A stretch of 64,000 nucleotides of DNA from Candidatus Latescibacterota bacterium (GCA_965237675.1 OZ250150.1:832001-896000), one strand, 5' to 3'; counted from the stretch's first letter, positions 31,534 through 41,887 are shown. Notes: a model not told the origin generated them from the sequence alone. Numbers and translations are program-made.

Positions 31534-31816
31534 GGGCGCCCACAAGGGACGCCCCTACAATTGTAATGTTATTGCGGACATGGCCGTGCGTTATGCTAAA
31601 TGTGTACATAACGACGATTGGACATTTTCATCCAAATCCGCCGGGACACCTCCCCGCCGCCTTCACCCAAATCTGACCGGTACATACACCATCGTAGAGG
31701 CAACCCTTGTGATTGCCCTGGTTTTCGTTAGGGCGATCGTCGCGTCCTGGAAGGCAGTGCGCCCACAAGAGGCGCTCCTACCATATTAATGATTCCGCGG
31801 ATGTGGTTGGGCATTG
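31534..31816. repeat. GTAG-type REP cluster, including copy 2 of the 118-bp repeat (31699-31816)
   Basis: GGGCGCCCACAAGGGACGCCCCTAC at 31534-31558; GTAGAGGCAACCCTTGTGATTGCCC; GCGCCCACAAGAGGCGCTCCTAC. Confidence 0.7.
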
Positions 31817-31940
31817 TAACAAATGTAGCAACTGAGCTGGATCGATAGCCGTTCGCCATCTCCTCCCAAATCGAATCCGACCATTCCTATAGGGGAAACC
31901 CTCGTGGTTAGCCAGGTTTCTGTGTCGGCTATCACAATGG

Positions 31941-32360
31941 TCACTGTGTTTTCCAGGGATTGGTGACGTCAACGTCCAGGCCATTGAAATCCGCGACATT
32001 TCTCGTTGCAACCGACAGATCATGAGCCCTGGCAGTTCCGGCAATGAGCGCATCCCCCAGGTCCAGCACCCGTCCGAATCGATGCGCCTGTGCACGAAAG
32101 TAGGCCGCCCACTCTGCTCCCATTCTGTCCAGAGGCAGGATGCGGTCCTGGTAATCTGGGATGAACCCTGACAGCACCGAGCGCAATACGTCGCGACGTT
32201 GTCCATGAGGCAATAGCTGCAAACAAAACTCCAACTCATGCACTACCATCGCCGACAACCATAAGTCGTCCTGCTCAGCCAGGAATGCCATAACCTGCGA
32301 GTCCGGCGCGCTTCTGGTCAGTTCTGAGACGATGTTTGTGTCCAGGAGAAAGCCGCTCAC
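31941..32360 (-). CDS. vapC: VapC PIN-domain toxin
   Basis: LLDTNIVSE, DALIAGTA and ATRNVADF motifs. The GTG start overlaps the antitoxin stop. Confidence 0.9.
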   Translation of the reverse strand: MSGFLLDTNIVSELTRSAPDSQVMAFLAEQDDLWLSAMVVHELEFCLQLLPHGQRRDVLRSVLSGFIPDYQDRILPLDRMGAEWAAYFRAQAHRFGRVLDLGDALIAGTARAHDLSVATRNVADFNGLDVDVTNPWKTQ

Positions 32361-32641
32361 CCCGTTCCTCCGTCGTCGAACGGAATCTCCCGCCGGGACG
32401 TTCGATCGCCGGGGATTTCGAGATTCACGCCGCGCGGCATGTTGTCGATCAACCACTGGCCAAGCGGTTTGCGCGGAGACGACTGAGCCTTCCATACGTG
32501 CTCGGGCACCACAACGAAGGCCTTCCGCGCGCCGATGCGCTGCGGGCCTTCCTCTTCGGAAAGACGAAGGATTTCAGACAACCGTGCCTTGGCCTCTGCG
32601 ACAGTCCAGACCCGGCGTGGTTTGGCATATTGGGTGGTCAT
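32357..32641 (-). CDS. Phd/YefM-type antitoxin
   Basis: WTVAEAKARLSEIL...EGPQRI. Confidence 0.85.
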   Translation of the reverse strand: MTTQYAKPRRVWTVAEAKARLSEILRLSEEEGPQRIGARKAFVVVPEHVWKAQSSPRKPLGQWLIDNMPRGVNLEIPGDRTSRREIPFDDGGTG

Positions 32642-32839
32642 ATATTCTCCTGTCGTTGTATAGTAGTCCAATATAGACCATTTTAATCGGTAAATCAAGG
32701 GGTTTCATATCGGCTATCTGTAAATACGGCCGATCCTCGACCAAAGAGGACCGGCCAACCATGTCGACGATGCGACCCGGCCAGTATCCTTACATATTAC
32801 AGGGAGCAACCTATAGTTTACATCCTCCGCAGCAGCAGT

Positions 32840-32997
32840 TGAGCCTGTCGAAACGAGCTTGTCGAAATGTGTACGCTGAGCTTGTCGAAGCGCCCGCGTT
32901 TCGACACCCGTTCGGTCCCCTTAGACAGCCCTTCACCGACCCTTCAACCCTTCCGACGGGCTCAGGGACCGCAAGCTCAGGGAGCGGCTCAGGGAAC
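32840..32997. repeat. REP-like cluster (TGAGCTTGTCGAA / GCTCAGGG units) at the island boundary
   Basis: Three GAGC(C/T)TGTCGAA units followed by three inverted GCTCAGGGA units. Confidence 0.6.
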
Positions 32998-33126
32998 ACC
33001 GTATGGTTTACATCCTCCTCTGTAGCAGAGGTAAAAACCGTCAACTATTTTCCGTTCCTGGTAATAAGATTTCTTGTGAAATCATAAGAATTCTTATGGT
33101 TTCACATCAGATGCCTGGATGGCGGA

Positions 33127-35571
33127 TCAGGATGTCAATTTCTCGCGGCGGGGATCGTAGAGGGGTTCGCGCGACACCCAGGCGCGGTAACATTTGCCGA
33201 AGTATTCGATTTCGACGGATGTTCCCGGCTTCGCGCACTCCTGCGGGAGATAGCCGTAGGCGATGAATTTGCCAATGGTGTATCCGTGGTTGGCGCTGGT
33301 GACGTATCCGAGGACGCGGCTGCCGTCCAGTATGGGTTCTTTCCCCATCACAACCGCACATGGGTCGTCCAGGGTGAGGCAACAGAGTTTCCGGGTGATT
33401 CCCTGTTCCCGGATTTTCAACAGGGCGTCTCGCCCCACGAAATCGCCTTTGTCGAGTCTGACGGCCCAGCCGATGCCGGCTTCGTAGGGGTTGTATTCCG
33501 TATGAATATCCGCGCCCCAGAGGCGGTATCCCTTTCCAAGACGGAGCGCGTCGAACGCGCCGCCGCCGAGTGCGGCGAGACCATGGGCGCGGCCGACCTC
33601 CCAGAGCGTGTCCCACAGGCGAAGCCCGAATTCGGAGGGCGCGTAGATTTCCCATCCCAGTTCTCCCACGTAGGATACGCGCAGCGCAAGCGCGGGAACG
33701 GGACCGATCCGGATCTGCCGTGCGGAAAAATACGGGAATGCGCGGTTGGTCAGATCGTCGTTGCAGACCCTTTGAAGGAGCCTTCGGGCTTCGGGGCCCC
33801 ATAGGCCCAGGCCACAATAGGTGGATGTCACGTCGGCAATGTGAACGTCCCCATAATCCGCGGCCTGGAGGGAAATCCAGGCCAGGTCCCGGGCGCCGGC
33901 CGCGCCCGTGAGGACCAGAAATCTGTCGCCGGCCAGCCGTGTGACGGTCAGGTCGCAGGCGATTCCGCCCCGTGAATTGAGCAGGGCCGTATAGATGACC
34001 GTGCCGACCGGGCGGTCGATCTGATTGGCTGCGATACGTTGCAGAAATTCCAGGGCGCCCGCGCCGGCGAACTCGATTTTCGTGAAGGGCGTGAGGTCGC
34101 ACAGTACGGCGCGGCTTCGCGCGGCCCGGTGTTCGACGCCCTGAATGGCAGACCAGTATCGCGCTTCCCAGCCGCTTCGCGATGACAGATCGCCGTCTTC
34201 CAACAGGCCTCCGTTGGCTTCAAACCACTGCGGGCGTTCCCAGCCCGCGCCTTCGAAGAAGACGGCATCCAGTTCTTTCAGGCGCGGATGAAAAGGGCTG
34301 ACGCGCAGGTCGCGCGGATGATCCATCTGTTCCAGCGGATGAATAATATCGTAGACTTCGCGGTACTGCTGCGCCCCCCGGGCTTCGATATATTCCGGGG
34401 TGTGAACGTGCGGTCCGAAGCGGTTGACATCGGCCTCCCGGAGGTCGATTTCGGGCGCGCCGGTTTCCATCCATTGGGCCACGGCCTGCCCGACGCCGCC
34501 GCCGTGCGTGATCCACACCGCTTCGGCAACCCAGAGCCCGCGGACGTCGACGGACTCTCCAAGAAGGGGCGACCCGTCCGGTGTGAAGGAGAAAAGGCCG
34601 TTGATCCTGTAGTCGAGACCCGCGTGTTCCAGGGCGGGCAGAAGTTCGTCCGCCGCCTTTCGCGCCACCGTGAAGTGTCCGGGCGTGAAATCCATTATGG
34701 AGGGTGAGACCTTTGCTTCATCCGGGCTGACCAGGTCGTCCGGACTCACGAGCAGGGGTTCGTGTCTGTACGACCCGATGCCATACCGGTCGGCCTGCTG
34801 CCGGAAGTACATGGCGTAGTCCTGGTGGCGCAGGATGGGATGGACGACCTCCCGGGTTTCTCCCGCCAGTTCCGGAAGCGGCGACGTGAGGGCATATAGA
34901 TGCTGAACGGGCGCGAGCGGAATGGAAATGCCCGCCATGCGACCGATTCGAGGCCCCCAGATTCCCGCGCAGATCAACACCTGGTCCGCGGCGATACGAC
35001 CCCGATCGGTGATGACGGCCCGGACCCGGCCGTTGACAACCTCGACGCCGGTGACTGTGGTTCCGCCTCGAAACGTCGCGCCGGGTTCCGAGGCGCGTGC
35101 CATGGCTTCGCAGGCGCGTACGGCTTTGGCAATGCCGTCGGAGGGCACGTAGTACGCGCCATGGATTCGATCCGCATCCAGGAGGGTGAGTTTTGCCCTG
35201 GTCTCCTCGGGCGAAATGAGATGGGCTTCCAGGTTCCAGGACCGGGCGGCGCCCAGTTTGCGCTTCAGGTCTTCCAGCCGTTCGGGCGTGTACGCAACTT
35301 CGAGACTTCCGACCCCATAAAAACAGGGCTGGCCGGCCAGGTTCAGCGCGTTGTAGAGTGCAACCGCGTTTCGCGACAGATCGGTCATCATTTTCGAGAA
35401 ATTGGTCTGGAAAACCAGTCCGGGCGCATGGGAAGTCGACCCGCCGGTATCGAACAGTGGCCCCTGGTCCAGAACCACAATGTCCTTCCAACCCAGCCGG
35501 GTGAGATGATACACGGTGCTGCAACCGACGATGCCGGCGCCGATGACAACCAGGCGCGCGTGGGATTGCAT
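33127..35571 (-). CDS. Dimethylglycine oxidase/dehydrogenase-like FAD + GcvT-domain protein
   Basis: IGAGIVG, GGSTSHAPG, FTPDG, GWERP and SYVGELGWE motifs. Confidence 0.9.
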   Translation of the reverse strand: MQSHARLVVIGAGIVGCSTVYHLTRLGWKDIVVLDQGPLFDTGGSTSHAPGLVFQTNFSKMMTDLSRNAVALYNALNLAGQPCFYGVGSLEVAYTPERLEDLKRKLGAARSWNLEAHLISPEETRAKLTLLDADRIHGAYYVPSDGIAKAVRACEAMARASEPGATFRGGTTVTGVEVVNGRVRAVITDRGRIAADQVLICAGIWGPRIGRMAGISIPLAPVQHLYALTSPLPELAGETREVVHPILRHQDYAMYFRQQADRYGIGSYRHEPLLVSPDDLVSPDEAKVSPSIMDFTPGHFTVARKAADELLPALEHAGLDYRINGLFSFTPDGSPLLGESVDVRGLWVAEAVWITHGGGVGQAVAQWMETGAPEIDLREADVNRFGPHVHTPEYIEARGAQQYREVYDIIHPLEQMDHPRDLRVSPFHPRLKELDAVFFEGAGWERPQWFEANGGLLEDGDLSSRSGWEARYWSAIQGVEHRAARSRAVLCDLTPFTKIEFAGAGALEFLQRIAANQIDRPVGTVIYTALLNSRGGIACDLTVTRLAGDRFLVLTGAAGARDLAWISLQAADYGDVHIADVTSTYCGLGLWGPEARRLLQRVCNDDLTNRAFPYFSARQIRIGPVPALALRVSYVGELGWEIYAPSEFGLRLWDTLWEVGRAHGLAALGGGAFDALRLGKGYRLWGADIHTEYNPYEAGIGWAVRLDKGDFVGRDALLKIREQGITRKLCCLTLDDPCAVVMGKEPILDGSRVLGYVTSANHGYTIGKFIAYGYLPQECAKPGTSVEIEYFGKCYRAWVSREPLYDPRREKLTS

Positions 35572-35789
35572 GGCGGCCTCTCCGATTATGCCGGACAACG
35601 GAATCGCCCGCGCATCAGGGCGACTGAGATGCGCCCAGATTCGAATAAATCGCTTGACATTGATACTTCAGTTATTTTCTTTATTATCCTATACCTGGTT
35701 GTGGTGTCCTGAAGAAGGGTTTCGGGTACCCGATGATTCCTGAGACGACCGGAACCTACCAACGAATCACAAGAATAAGGAGGTCTGTT

Positions 35790-36425
35790 ATGCCATTGCG
35801 ATTGGGAGACGACGCGCCCGATTTCACCGCGCAGACGACGGAAGGTACGGTCCGCTTTCACGAATGGCTGGGAGACGGCTGGGGCATCCTGTTCTCGCAT
35901 CCGGCCGATTTTACGCCGGTTTGTACCACCGAACTGGGCGTTGTGGCCAAGCTGAAAGCGGAGTTTGCGAAGCGAAACGTAAAGGTCATCGGGGTGAGCG
36001 TGGACCCGCTTGATTCCCATAACAGCTGGGTTAGCGACATTAACGAGACCCAGAATACCACCGTAAACTTCCCGCTGATCGCAGATCCGGACAAAAGCGT
36101 GGCCAGCATGTACGACATGATCCATCCGAACGAAGACGACAAGGCAACGGTACGGTCCGTATTCGTAATCGGGCCGGACAAGAAGGTCAAACTCACATTG
36201 ACCTATCCGGCTTCTACCGGAAGGAATTTCGCCGAAATTCTGCGGGCAATCGATTCGCTGCAGCTCACGGCCTATCACCAGGTGGCCACACCGGCCAACT
36301 GGGAGGACGGCGAGGATTGTATCATCGTTCCAGCGGTGACCGACGAAGAGGCAACCGAAAAATTCCCCAAGGGGTTTACGACTGTGAAGCCGTATTTGAG
36401 GTACACCCCGCAGCCGAACAAATAG
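35790..36425 (+). CDS. 1-Cys peroxiredoxin (Prx6 class)
   Basis: HPADFTPVCTTE, YPASTGRNF and ATPANW motifs; RBS AAGGAGG. Confidence 0.95.
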   Translation: MPLRLGDDAPDFTAQTTEGTVRFHEWLGDGWGILFSHPADFTPVCTTELGVVAKLKAEFAKRNVKVIGVSVDPLDSHNSWVSDINETQNTTVNFPLIADPDKSVASMYDMIHPNEDDKATVRSVFVIGPDKKVKLTLTYPASTGRNFAEILRAIDSLQLTAYHQVATPANWEDGEDCIIVPAVTDEEATEKFPKGFTTVKPYLRYTPQPNK

Positions 36426-36441
36426 CCGGAATCTTACCTGT

Positions 36442-36489
36442 CAGCCTGCAATGCTCCTCCTTGAGAGATGCGTTGCAGGCTGTTTTTTT
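36442..36489 (+). terminator. Intrinsic terminator
   Basis: CAGCCTGCAA/TTGCAGGCTG stem followed by T7. Confidence 0.8.
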
Positions 36490-36612
36490 GTTGGGTGCAG
36501 CGCACGCTTCGGGTCAACGGTAGAAGGGTACCGCGTTTCGCGAGCCGGTTGTGGACGCCGCCAATCCAGGGGCTTCTCCGGAAGCCGGAACATCCATCCG
36601 AGTCGCCAGGTA

Positions 36613-37290
36613 TTATGTGACGAGTCCGCTTATGTCCTGCAGGCTGGATATTTCGTAGTGAGGCTCTGGAATGTGCGGTTTGAGTGCTTCACCTTTACGG
36701 TTCAGCCAGGCGACCTTGATGCCCGCCCGCCGTGCGCCGACAATGTCGTCGTCCTGGGAATCGCCCACGTAGAGGGTTTCTTCGGGGCGGCTGCCGATCA
36801 GGCGCAGGGCTTCGTGAAAGATTTCCGGTGCCGGCTTGTAGGAGCGGGCGGACTCGGAACTGACGACCACGGGAAACGCCAGGTTGTTCCTCCTGAGTGC
36901 GCGGTTCAGATGGTCGTCATCCGCATTGGATACCACGCCCGTTCTGAACGAACCGAGTCCGGCCAGCGCGGGCTCGACGTCTTCGAAGATGGGCACATTG
37001 GCAAATGCGGCGAACAAGCCGTCGGGGTAGTGTTCGAAGGAAACTCGTCTGCCGAGGTTCTCGAACGTCTGTCCAAGGCTGATGAGATGCGCCTGCCGCA
37101 TGGTGTAAAATGTATCGCCCTGAATAAGCGGGAAAAACGACCGGTCCCAGGTTTCAAAAAAATCCTGTCCGGACATGCCGACGTCCTGTTCATTGACGAT
37201 GCGGTCACACAGGGCATGGAGTTTCTCCATGGCGCCAGCGAGGAGGGTTTCGTAAGCGTCAAATAATATGGTGGTGATACCGTTCGCCAT
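36613..37290 (-). CDS. HAD-superfamily hydrolase
   Basis: FDAYETL, VSN, YKP and YVGDSQDDD motifs. Confidence 0.9.
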   Translation of the reverse strand: MANGITTILFDAYETLLAGAMEKLHALCDRIVNEQDVGMSGQDFFETWDRSFFPLIQGDTFYTMRQAHLISLGQTFENLGRRVSFEHYPDGLFAAFANVPIFEDVEPALAGLGSFRTGVVSNADDDHLNRALRRNNLAFPVVVSSESARSYKPAPEIFHEALRLIGSRPEETLYVGDSQDDDIVGARRAGIKVAWLNRKGEALKPHIPEPHYEISSLQDISGLVT

Positions 37291-37348
37291 TAACGGAGAT
37301 CCTTCCCCACAGTTTCAGATATCGGCTCTCCGCGTTCAGGGCAAGACG

Positions 37349-39127
37349 CTACTGTCCCGCCCGCTTTGCGGATACGCCACGGCCCCTTGAGGCGACAGGT
37401 TCGGTGGGGGCTTCATTGCTGTATAGGGCGCCGCCCCGCTCGTAGGAAACCGATACCTGCCCGTTGTTGACTTCCAGGCGGGGAACGTTTTGGTTGAAGA
37501 CGTCCCGGTCAGGGCCGCGCATGACCGCCAACTGGACGTCAGTCATGTCGGCTACGAGGTCACCCCACCGGTTCTCGGGGTGGGCCATCTCGCCGCCGCT
37601 GCGGTTGAAACTGCGGGAGGAATACTTGATGAGAATTGCCCGGCGGTCGTTTTCGTTTTTCCATGCCAACGCGCCATGCGTCTGTCCCCCGTCCATAAAG
37701 AAAAGCACGTCGCCGGCTTTCATTTCGGGCTGGACGACCAGGCCCATGTCGTCGTCGCAGGATCGCACGCCGGGCGGCAGGCGGTACTGGGCTTTATGGC
37801 TGCCGGGCACGCAGGCGAATCCCCCCATGCCGGCGGGCACGTCTCGCAACTGCCAGGTGACCGTCACGGCCTCGCAATAGCTCCGGCCGTTCTGGTAAAC
37901 ATATCCGCGGCCCGGGTTGAGCGGCTCGTTGGCGTCGTGCAGGGAGTGTCCGGAACCGCCCTTGACGGAGCAGAAGGCCGTGGCGTCGCCCAACCGTCCG
38001 CCGCTGGCGCCCATCCAGTTCAGGCGGTGCTCCACGACGGGGTGCGCGACCATTCGCCGGAAGGGATTGCAGTAGGGTTCCGGAAGTTGTAGAAGGTTGG
38101 ACAGCAGCGGCCTGCCGGTTCCAGCCAGAGTTTTCGATCCTCTGGAGAGTTCCCTGCCCACTTCGATCCGGTCTTCGTATCTATCGATGGCGTCGTTGGC
38201 CTGTTCCAGCCACGCTTCGTCCATCACGTTGCGGAGGATGAGGTGACCGCACAGATCCAAGAAGTAGAACTCTTTCTCGTCGATCCCGGATTTCGGATTC
38301 CTGACGTAAATGGACGGATGATAGACCTCACGGGATTCGTCGAGGCGCACCGACTCTCCGTCCGTGAGGATGGTGGGCGGCGGCGTGGTGCTTTTGTAGC
38401 CGGGTCGCCAGAGGGAGGCCTTCTGTTCGGCGGTGATGGCGGACATCCATTCGGGCGTGGGGTTTTCTCCGGTTTTGGGGCCGCTTCCGGCGGAGCGGAT
38501 GACGCCCCGGCCCGCGAACTCGTAAGAGAGAAGGCGCTGGGGATCGTTCCCCGCCCACGGTCGCATGCCCTGCAGCAGGGCGCCGGCGACCAGGAGCAGG
38601 TCGCCCGCTTTGAGCGTGGGCTGTAGCGTGAGCCCCATGTCGTCCGTACCGGTGAGCACGTCGTCGGGGGTCTCCACGTTGGACTTGTGAGAACAGGGTA
38701 CTATAACGAAACCTCCCGCGCCCGCCTCCGCATCCGCAAGGGCCCACACGGCGCGAACCGTTTCACTGAAGCGGCGTCCATTCTGGTAGTAGTAGGCCCG
38801 GGTGGGATCGCGCGGTTCGTTGCCGCCCTCAAGAGGCGCATCCGGTTCGCACGTGGCGTCGTAGAGCAATTCCGGTTCGGTTTCCAGACGGAAGCCCTGC
38901 CCGACAATCTGATTGAGATACCAGACGAGTTGGGGATCGATCAGAAGGTCGCGGAAGGGTTTGCGAAGGGGGTGAGGCCACCCCAACATGCCCTGCGACC
39001 TCCCGCCGGCATCGATTGCTGAATTCAAGGCGGCGATTTCTCCCCTTGCCAGTACGCCTCTGACAATAAGGTATCCGCCGACGTCGAAGCAATAGTTCTC
39101 TTCGTTGCTCATTGATTCGCGGTCCAT
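37349..39127 (-). CDS. Tandem double PhyH (phytanoyl-CoA dioxygenase-like) domain protein
   Basis: Two homologous halves (FDVGGYL / LDLCGHL; PCSHKS / PGSHKA; KAGD). Confidence 0.85.
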   Translation of the reverse strand: MDRESMSNEENYCFDVGGYLIVRGVLARGEIAALNSAIDAGGRSQGMLGWPHPLRKPFRDLLIDPQLVWYLNQIVGQGFRLETEPELLYDATCEPDAPLEGGNEPRDPTRAYYYQNGRRFSETVRAVWALADAEAGAGGFVIVPCSHKSNVETPDDVLTGTDDMGLTLQPTLKAGDLLLVAGALLQGMRPWAGNDPQRLLSYEFAGRGVIRSAGSGPKTGENPTPEWMSAITAEQKASLWRPGYKSTTPPPTILTDGESVRLDESREVYHPSIYVRNPKSGIDEKEFYFLDLCGHLILRNVMDEAWLEQANDAIDRYEDRIEVGRELSRGSKTLAGTGRPLLSNLLQLPEPYCNPFRRMVAHPVVEHRLNWMGASGGRLGDATAFCSVKGGSGHSLHDANEPLNPGRGYVYQNGRSYCEAVTVTWQLRDVPAGMGGFACVPGSHKAQYRLPPGVRSCDDDMGLVVQPEMKAGDVLFFMDGGQTHGALAWKNENDRRAILIKYSSRSFNRSGGEMAHPENRWGDLVADMTDVQLAVMRGPDRDVFNQNVPRLEVNNGQVSVSYERGGALYSNEAPTEPVASRGRGVSAKRAGQ

Positions 39128-39158
39128 ATTTCTTTCTCCCTGAAATGTGGTTTGGAAA

Positions 39159-40070
39159 TCAGGATCCATCCGCCCATTTTTCCCGTTCCCATTGCTTCTG
39201 TCCAATCCGTTCCACGTAGTCCTTGCCTTTGTACTTCAAAAGCCATCCCTTGAGCGGGACATCGGCATCCGTCGGCTGCCACCATCCTTTGACATCCACC
39301 CCGTCGCCCAGAAGTTGGCGTCGAACCGGATCGCATCTTTCGAGTACCCTATCCGGCATCACGTTGTAGTCCAATCCTCTGAGCCAGCGATAGCTGTATC
39401 CCAGGAATACCACTTTTCGCGTTGTATCGGACGTATTCAACCCCCGCGCATGCCATAAACGCCTGTCGAAGAGGACCGCTGTTCCTGCTTTTACCCGGAC
39501 CTGCATCATGTCTTCGAAGCCTGACGCCCTGGTTGACCCATTGCCGCCGTCGGGCCAGCGGTCTGGCGGGATGTCGCGTTTGTGGCTGCCCGGAACGATG
39601 CGAATTCCACCCCGGTCGGGGTCGCTGGTGTCAGATAGCCAGAATGCGACTTTCAGCGAAAGCCGGGGATGTGGACGCTCCATCTCCGGTACGGGACGGC
39701 CGCCATCCTGATGCCAGCCGCCGGTTCTCGTATCAGCCGTGTCTCGCGGCTCCGGCGGATAGTAGACCAGGTGCGAAATATAGTGCTGGACATTCCAGCC
39801 CAGTATGTCCCAGATGAGAGGGAATGTACATGGCAAGTCCAGTAATTCCAGTAAGGCGACGTCTTCGACAATGGTTCGAAATTTGTTCATGATTTGACCG
39901 GGCCCGAGCCCCTGTTCTTCGCGTTCACGCGCATCGACGCGGTCACAGGCGTCCAACAGCCGTTCCAGCATTCGCGAATCCAGTGCATTTTCGACGATCA
40001 GAAAGCCTTTCTGATCGAAGTGTTCCCGCTGTTCGTCCGTCATACAATGGTCAAGACAGGTTGTGTCCAT
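39159..40070 (-). CDS. PhyH family Fe/2OG dioxygenase
   Basis: WHQD, PGSH, LWHAR and N.S..TR motifs. Confidence 0.9.
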   Translation of the reverse strand: MDTTCLDHCMTDEQREHFDQKGFLIVENALDSRMLERLLDACDRVDAREREEQGLGPGQIMNKFRTIVEDVALLELLDLPCTFPLIWDILGWNVQHYISHLVYYPPEPRDTADTRTGGWHQDGGRPVPEMERPHPRLSLKVAFWLSDTSDPDRGGIRIVPGSHKRDIPPDRWPDGGNGSTRASGFEDMMQVRVKAGTAVLFDRRLWHARGLNTSDTTRKVVFLGYSYRWLRGLDYNVMPDRVLERCDPVRRQLLGDGVDVKGWWQPTDADVPLKGWLLKYKGKDYVERIGQKQWEREKWADGS

Positions 40071-40112
40071 TGCTATTTCTCCAACTTACGTATTTGCCGT
40101 CGTAAAAAGGCG

Positions 40113-40303
40113 GTAAGAGGGAAGACGGTAGACGGTAGAAAATCGGGTAGAGGTAAGAGGCAAGAGGGGAGAGGTGGTGGTAACTTTGCCAAATGACACT
40201 CCCGCATCGAGAGACTCGCCGAGAGACAGCTAAAGGAGACTTTACCGGGAGCGAGACCGGTGGGGTGGTGTGGCCCTCTTACTTCTCACGTCTTACGTCT
40301 TCC
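40113..40303. repeat. Inverted blocks of degenerate heptamer repeats
   Basis: GTAAGAG/GGAAGAC/GGTAGAC units at ~40113-40170; complementary CTCTTAC/TTCTCAC/GTCTTAC/GTCTTCC units at ~40275-40303. Confidence 0.45.
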
Positions 40304-40489
40304 CGCCTTTTTTAGAATATCGGCCAGAACCTGGGGAAGGCAAGGACAAAAAACGGGGGGCGCAGGGTATTCGCGTTGATTTTTTCAGCCGGGCACATTA
40401 GATTGCGGCACCCCTGCGCCCGTACCTATCTTCTTCACCCGGGAAACAGGGCGCACGCGGATGTACATCTTCGAGAAAGTGAGAGTATA

Positions 40490-41887
40490 TTGGCTTCCCG
40501 GAAGACAAACGTCGTGTTTATATTAACGGATGACCAGGGGGTCTGGGCGGCGGGGTGCTACGGCAATCCCGAGATCCGTACGCCCAGTATCGACCGGATC
40601 GCGGACACCGGCGTGCGGTTCGAGAATTTTTTCGTGGCATCGCCAGTCTGTTCGCCCAGCCGTGCGTCGTTCTTGACGGGACGCATTCCTTCCCAGCATG
40701 GCGTCCACGATTGGATCAGAAATGGAAACGTGGGGCCGGATGCGGCTTCCTACCTGGCGGGAGAGGTGGCGTACACGGATGTGCTGGCGGAACACGGATG
40801 GACGTGCGGGATCAGCGGCAAGTGGCATCTGGGCAATAGCCGGATTCCGCAGCATGGGTTCGAGCACTGGTTTGTGCATCAACGGGGCGGCGGAAAATAC
40901 AACGATGCGCCGATGGTGCGGGACGGCAGGCTGATTACGGCGCCCGGATATGTGACCAACGTGATTACCGACGACGCGCTGGCATTCATCGACCGGCATG
41001 CGAACAACGATGACCCGTTCTACCTCGGCGTGCACTATACCGCGCCGCACAGTCCGTGGACGGGGCATCCGCAGGACGTCGTGGATTCCTACGAGGACTG
41101 CGCGTTTGCGTCGTGCCCGCAGGAGCCCCGGCATCCCTGGGCCATCGGGTTGACGGATCAATGTCTGGGCAACCGGGAAAAGTTGAAGGGATATTTCGCC
41201 GCCGTGACGGCAATGGACACCGCCGTGGGAAGGATTCTGGACAGGCTGGAGGCGCACGGCATTCGGGAACAGACACTGGTCGTCTTCGTCAGCGATAACG
41301 GGTTCAGTTGCGGGCACCACGGGTTCTGGGGCAAAGGGAACGGCACGCGTCCCCTGAACATGTACGAGAATTCCGTCAAGGTTCCGGCCGTGATGAGCCA
41401 TCCGGGACGAATTCCGGAAGGATTCGTACAGCCCGCGATGGTGAGCGCGTATGACTTTATGCCGACGCTTCTCGATTACCTGGACCTGCCGCTTCCGGAC
41501 GGACGAAATCTGCCGGGAAGGAGTTTCCTTCCCGCGTTGCTCGGCCGCGGAGATTCCGGCCGGGAATTCGTGGTCATTTACGACGAATACGGCCCCACCA
41601 GAATGGTGCGGACTGCGGATTGGAAATACGTTCACCGGTACATGGGAGGGCCGAACGAACTCTACGACCTGGTAAACGATGGGAATGAACGCGAGAATCG
41701 GGTGGGAGATGCCGGGCAGGCGTCGCGGGTTTCGGAGATGAGGGCAGTGCTGGAGGATTGGTTTTCGATCTATGCGGACCCGGAGAAAGACGGACGCGAG
41801 AGGGCCGTTACGGGCGGCGGACAACTGCGGCCGGTCGGAGGAGATTGGGAGGATGGCCGGGCCGCGTTCAATGAGAAGATCCCTTAG
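40490..41887 (+). CDS. Sulfatase (Cys-type, formylglycine-dependent)
   Basis: LTDDQG, CSPSRASFLTG, GKWHLG and SDNG motifs; probable TTG start. Confidence 0.92.
   Translation: MASRKTNVVFILTDDQGVWAAGCYGNPEIRTPSIDRIADTGVRFENFFVASPVCSPSRASFLTGRIPSQHGVHDWIRNGNVGPDAASYLAGEVAYTDVLAEHGWTCGISGKWHLGNSRIPQHGFEHWFVHQRGGGKYNDAPMVRDGRLITAPGYVTNVITDDALAFIDRHANNDDPFYLGVHYTAPHSPWTGHPQDVVDSYEDCAFASCPQEPRHPWAIGLTDQCLGNREKLKGYFAAVTAMDTAVGRILDRLEAHGIREQTLVVFVSDNGFSCGHHGFWGKGNGTRPLNMYENSVKVPAVMSHPGRIPEGFVQPAMVSAYDFMPTLLDYLDLPLPDGRNLPGRSFLPALLGRGDSGREFVVIYDEYGPTRMVRTADWKYVHRYMGGPNELYDLVNDGNERENRVGDAGQASRVSEMRAVLEDWFSIYADPEKDGRERAVTGGGQLRPVGGDWEDGRAAFNEKIP

Noticed and set aside
10524-33000. Integron cassette array or prophage explaining the co-oriented island
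   Set aside because: No integron integrase, no recurring attC-like RYYYAAC...GTTRRRY sites noticed, and no phage structural genes.
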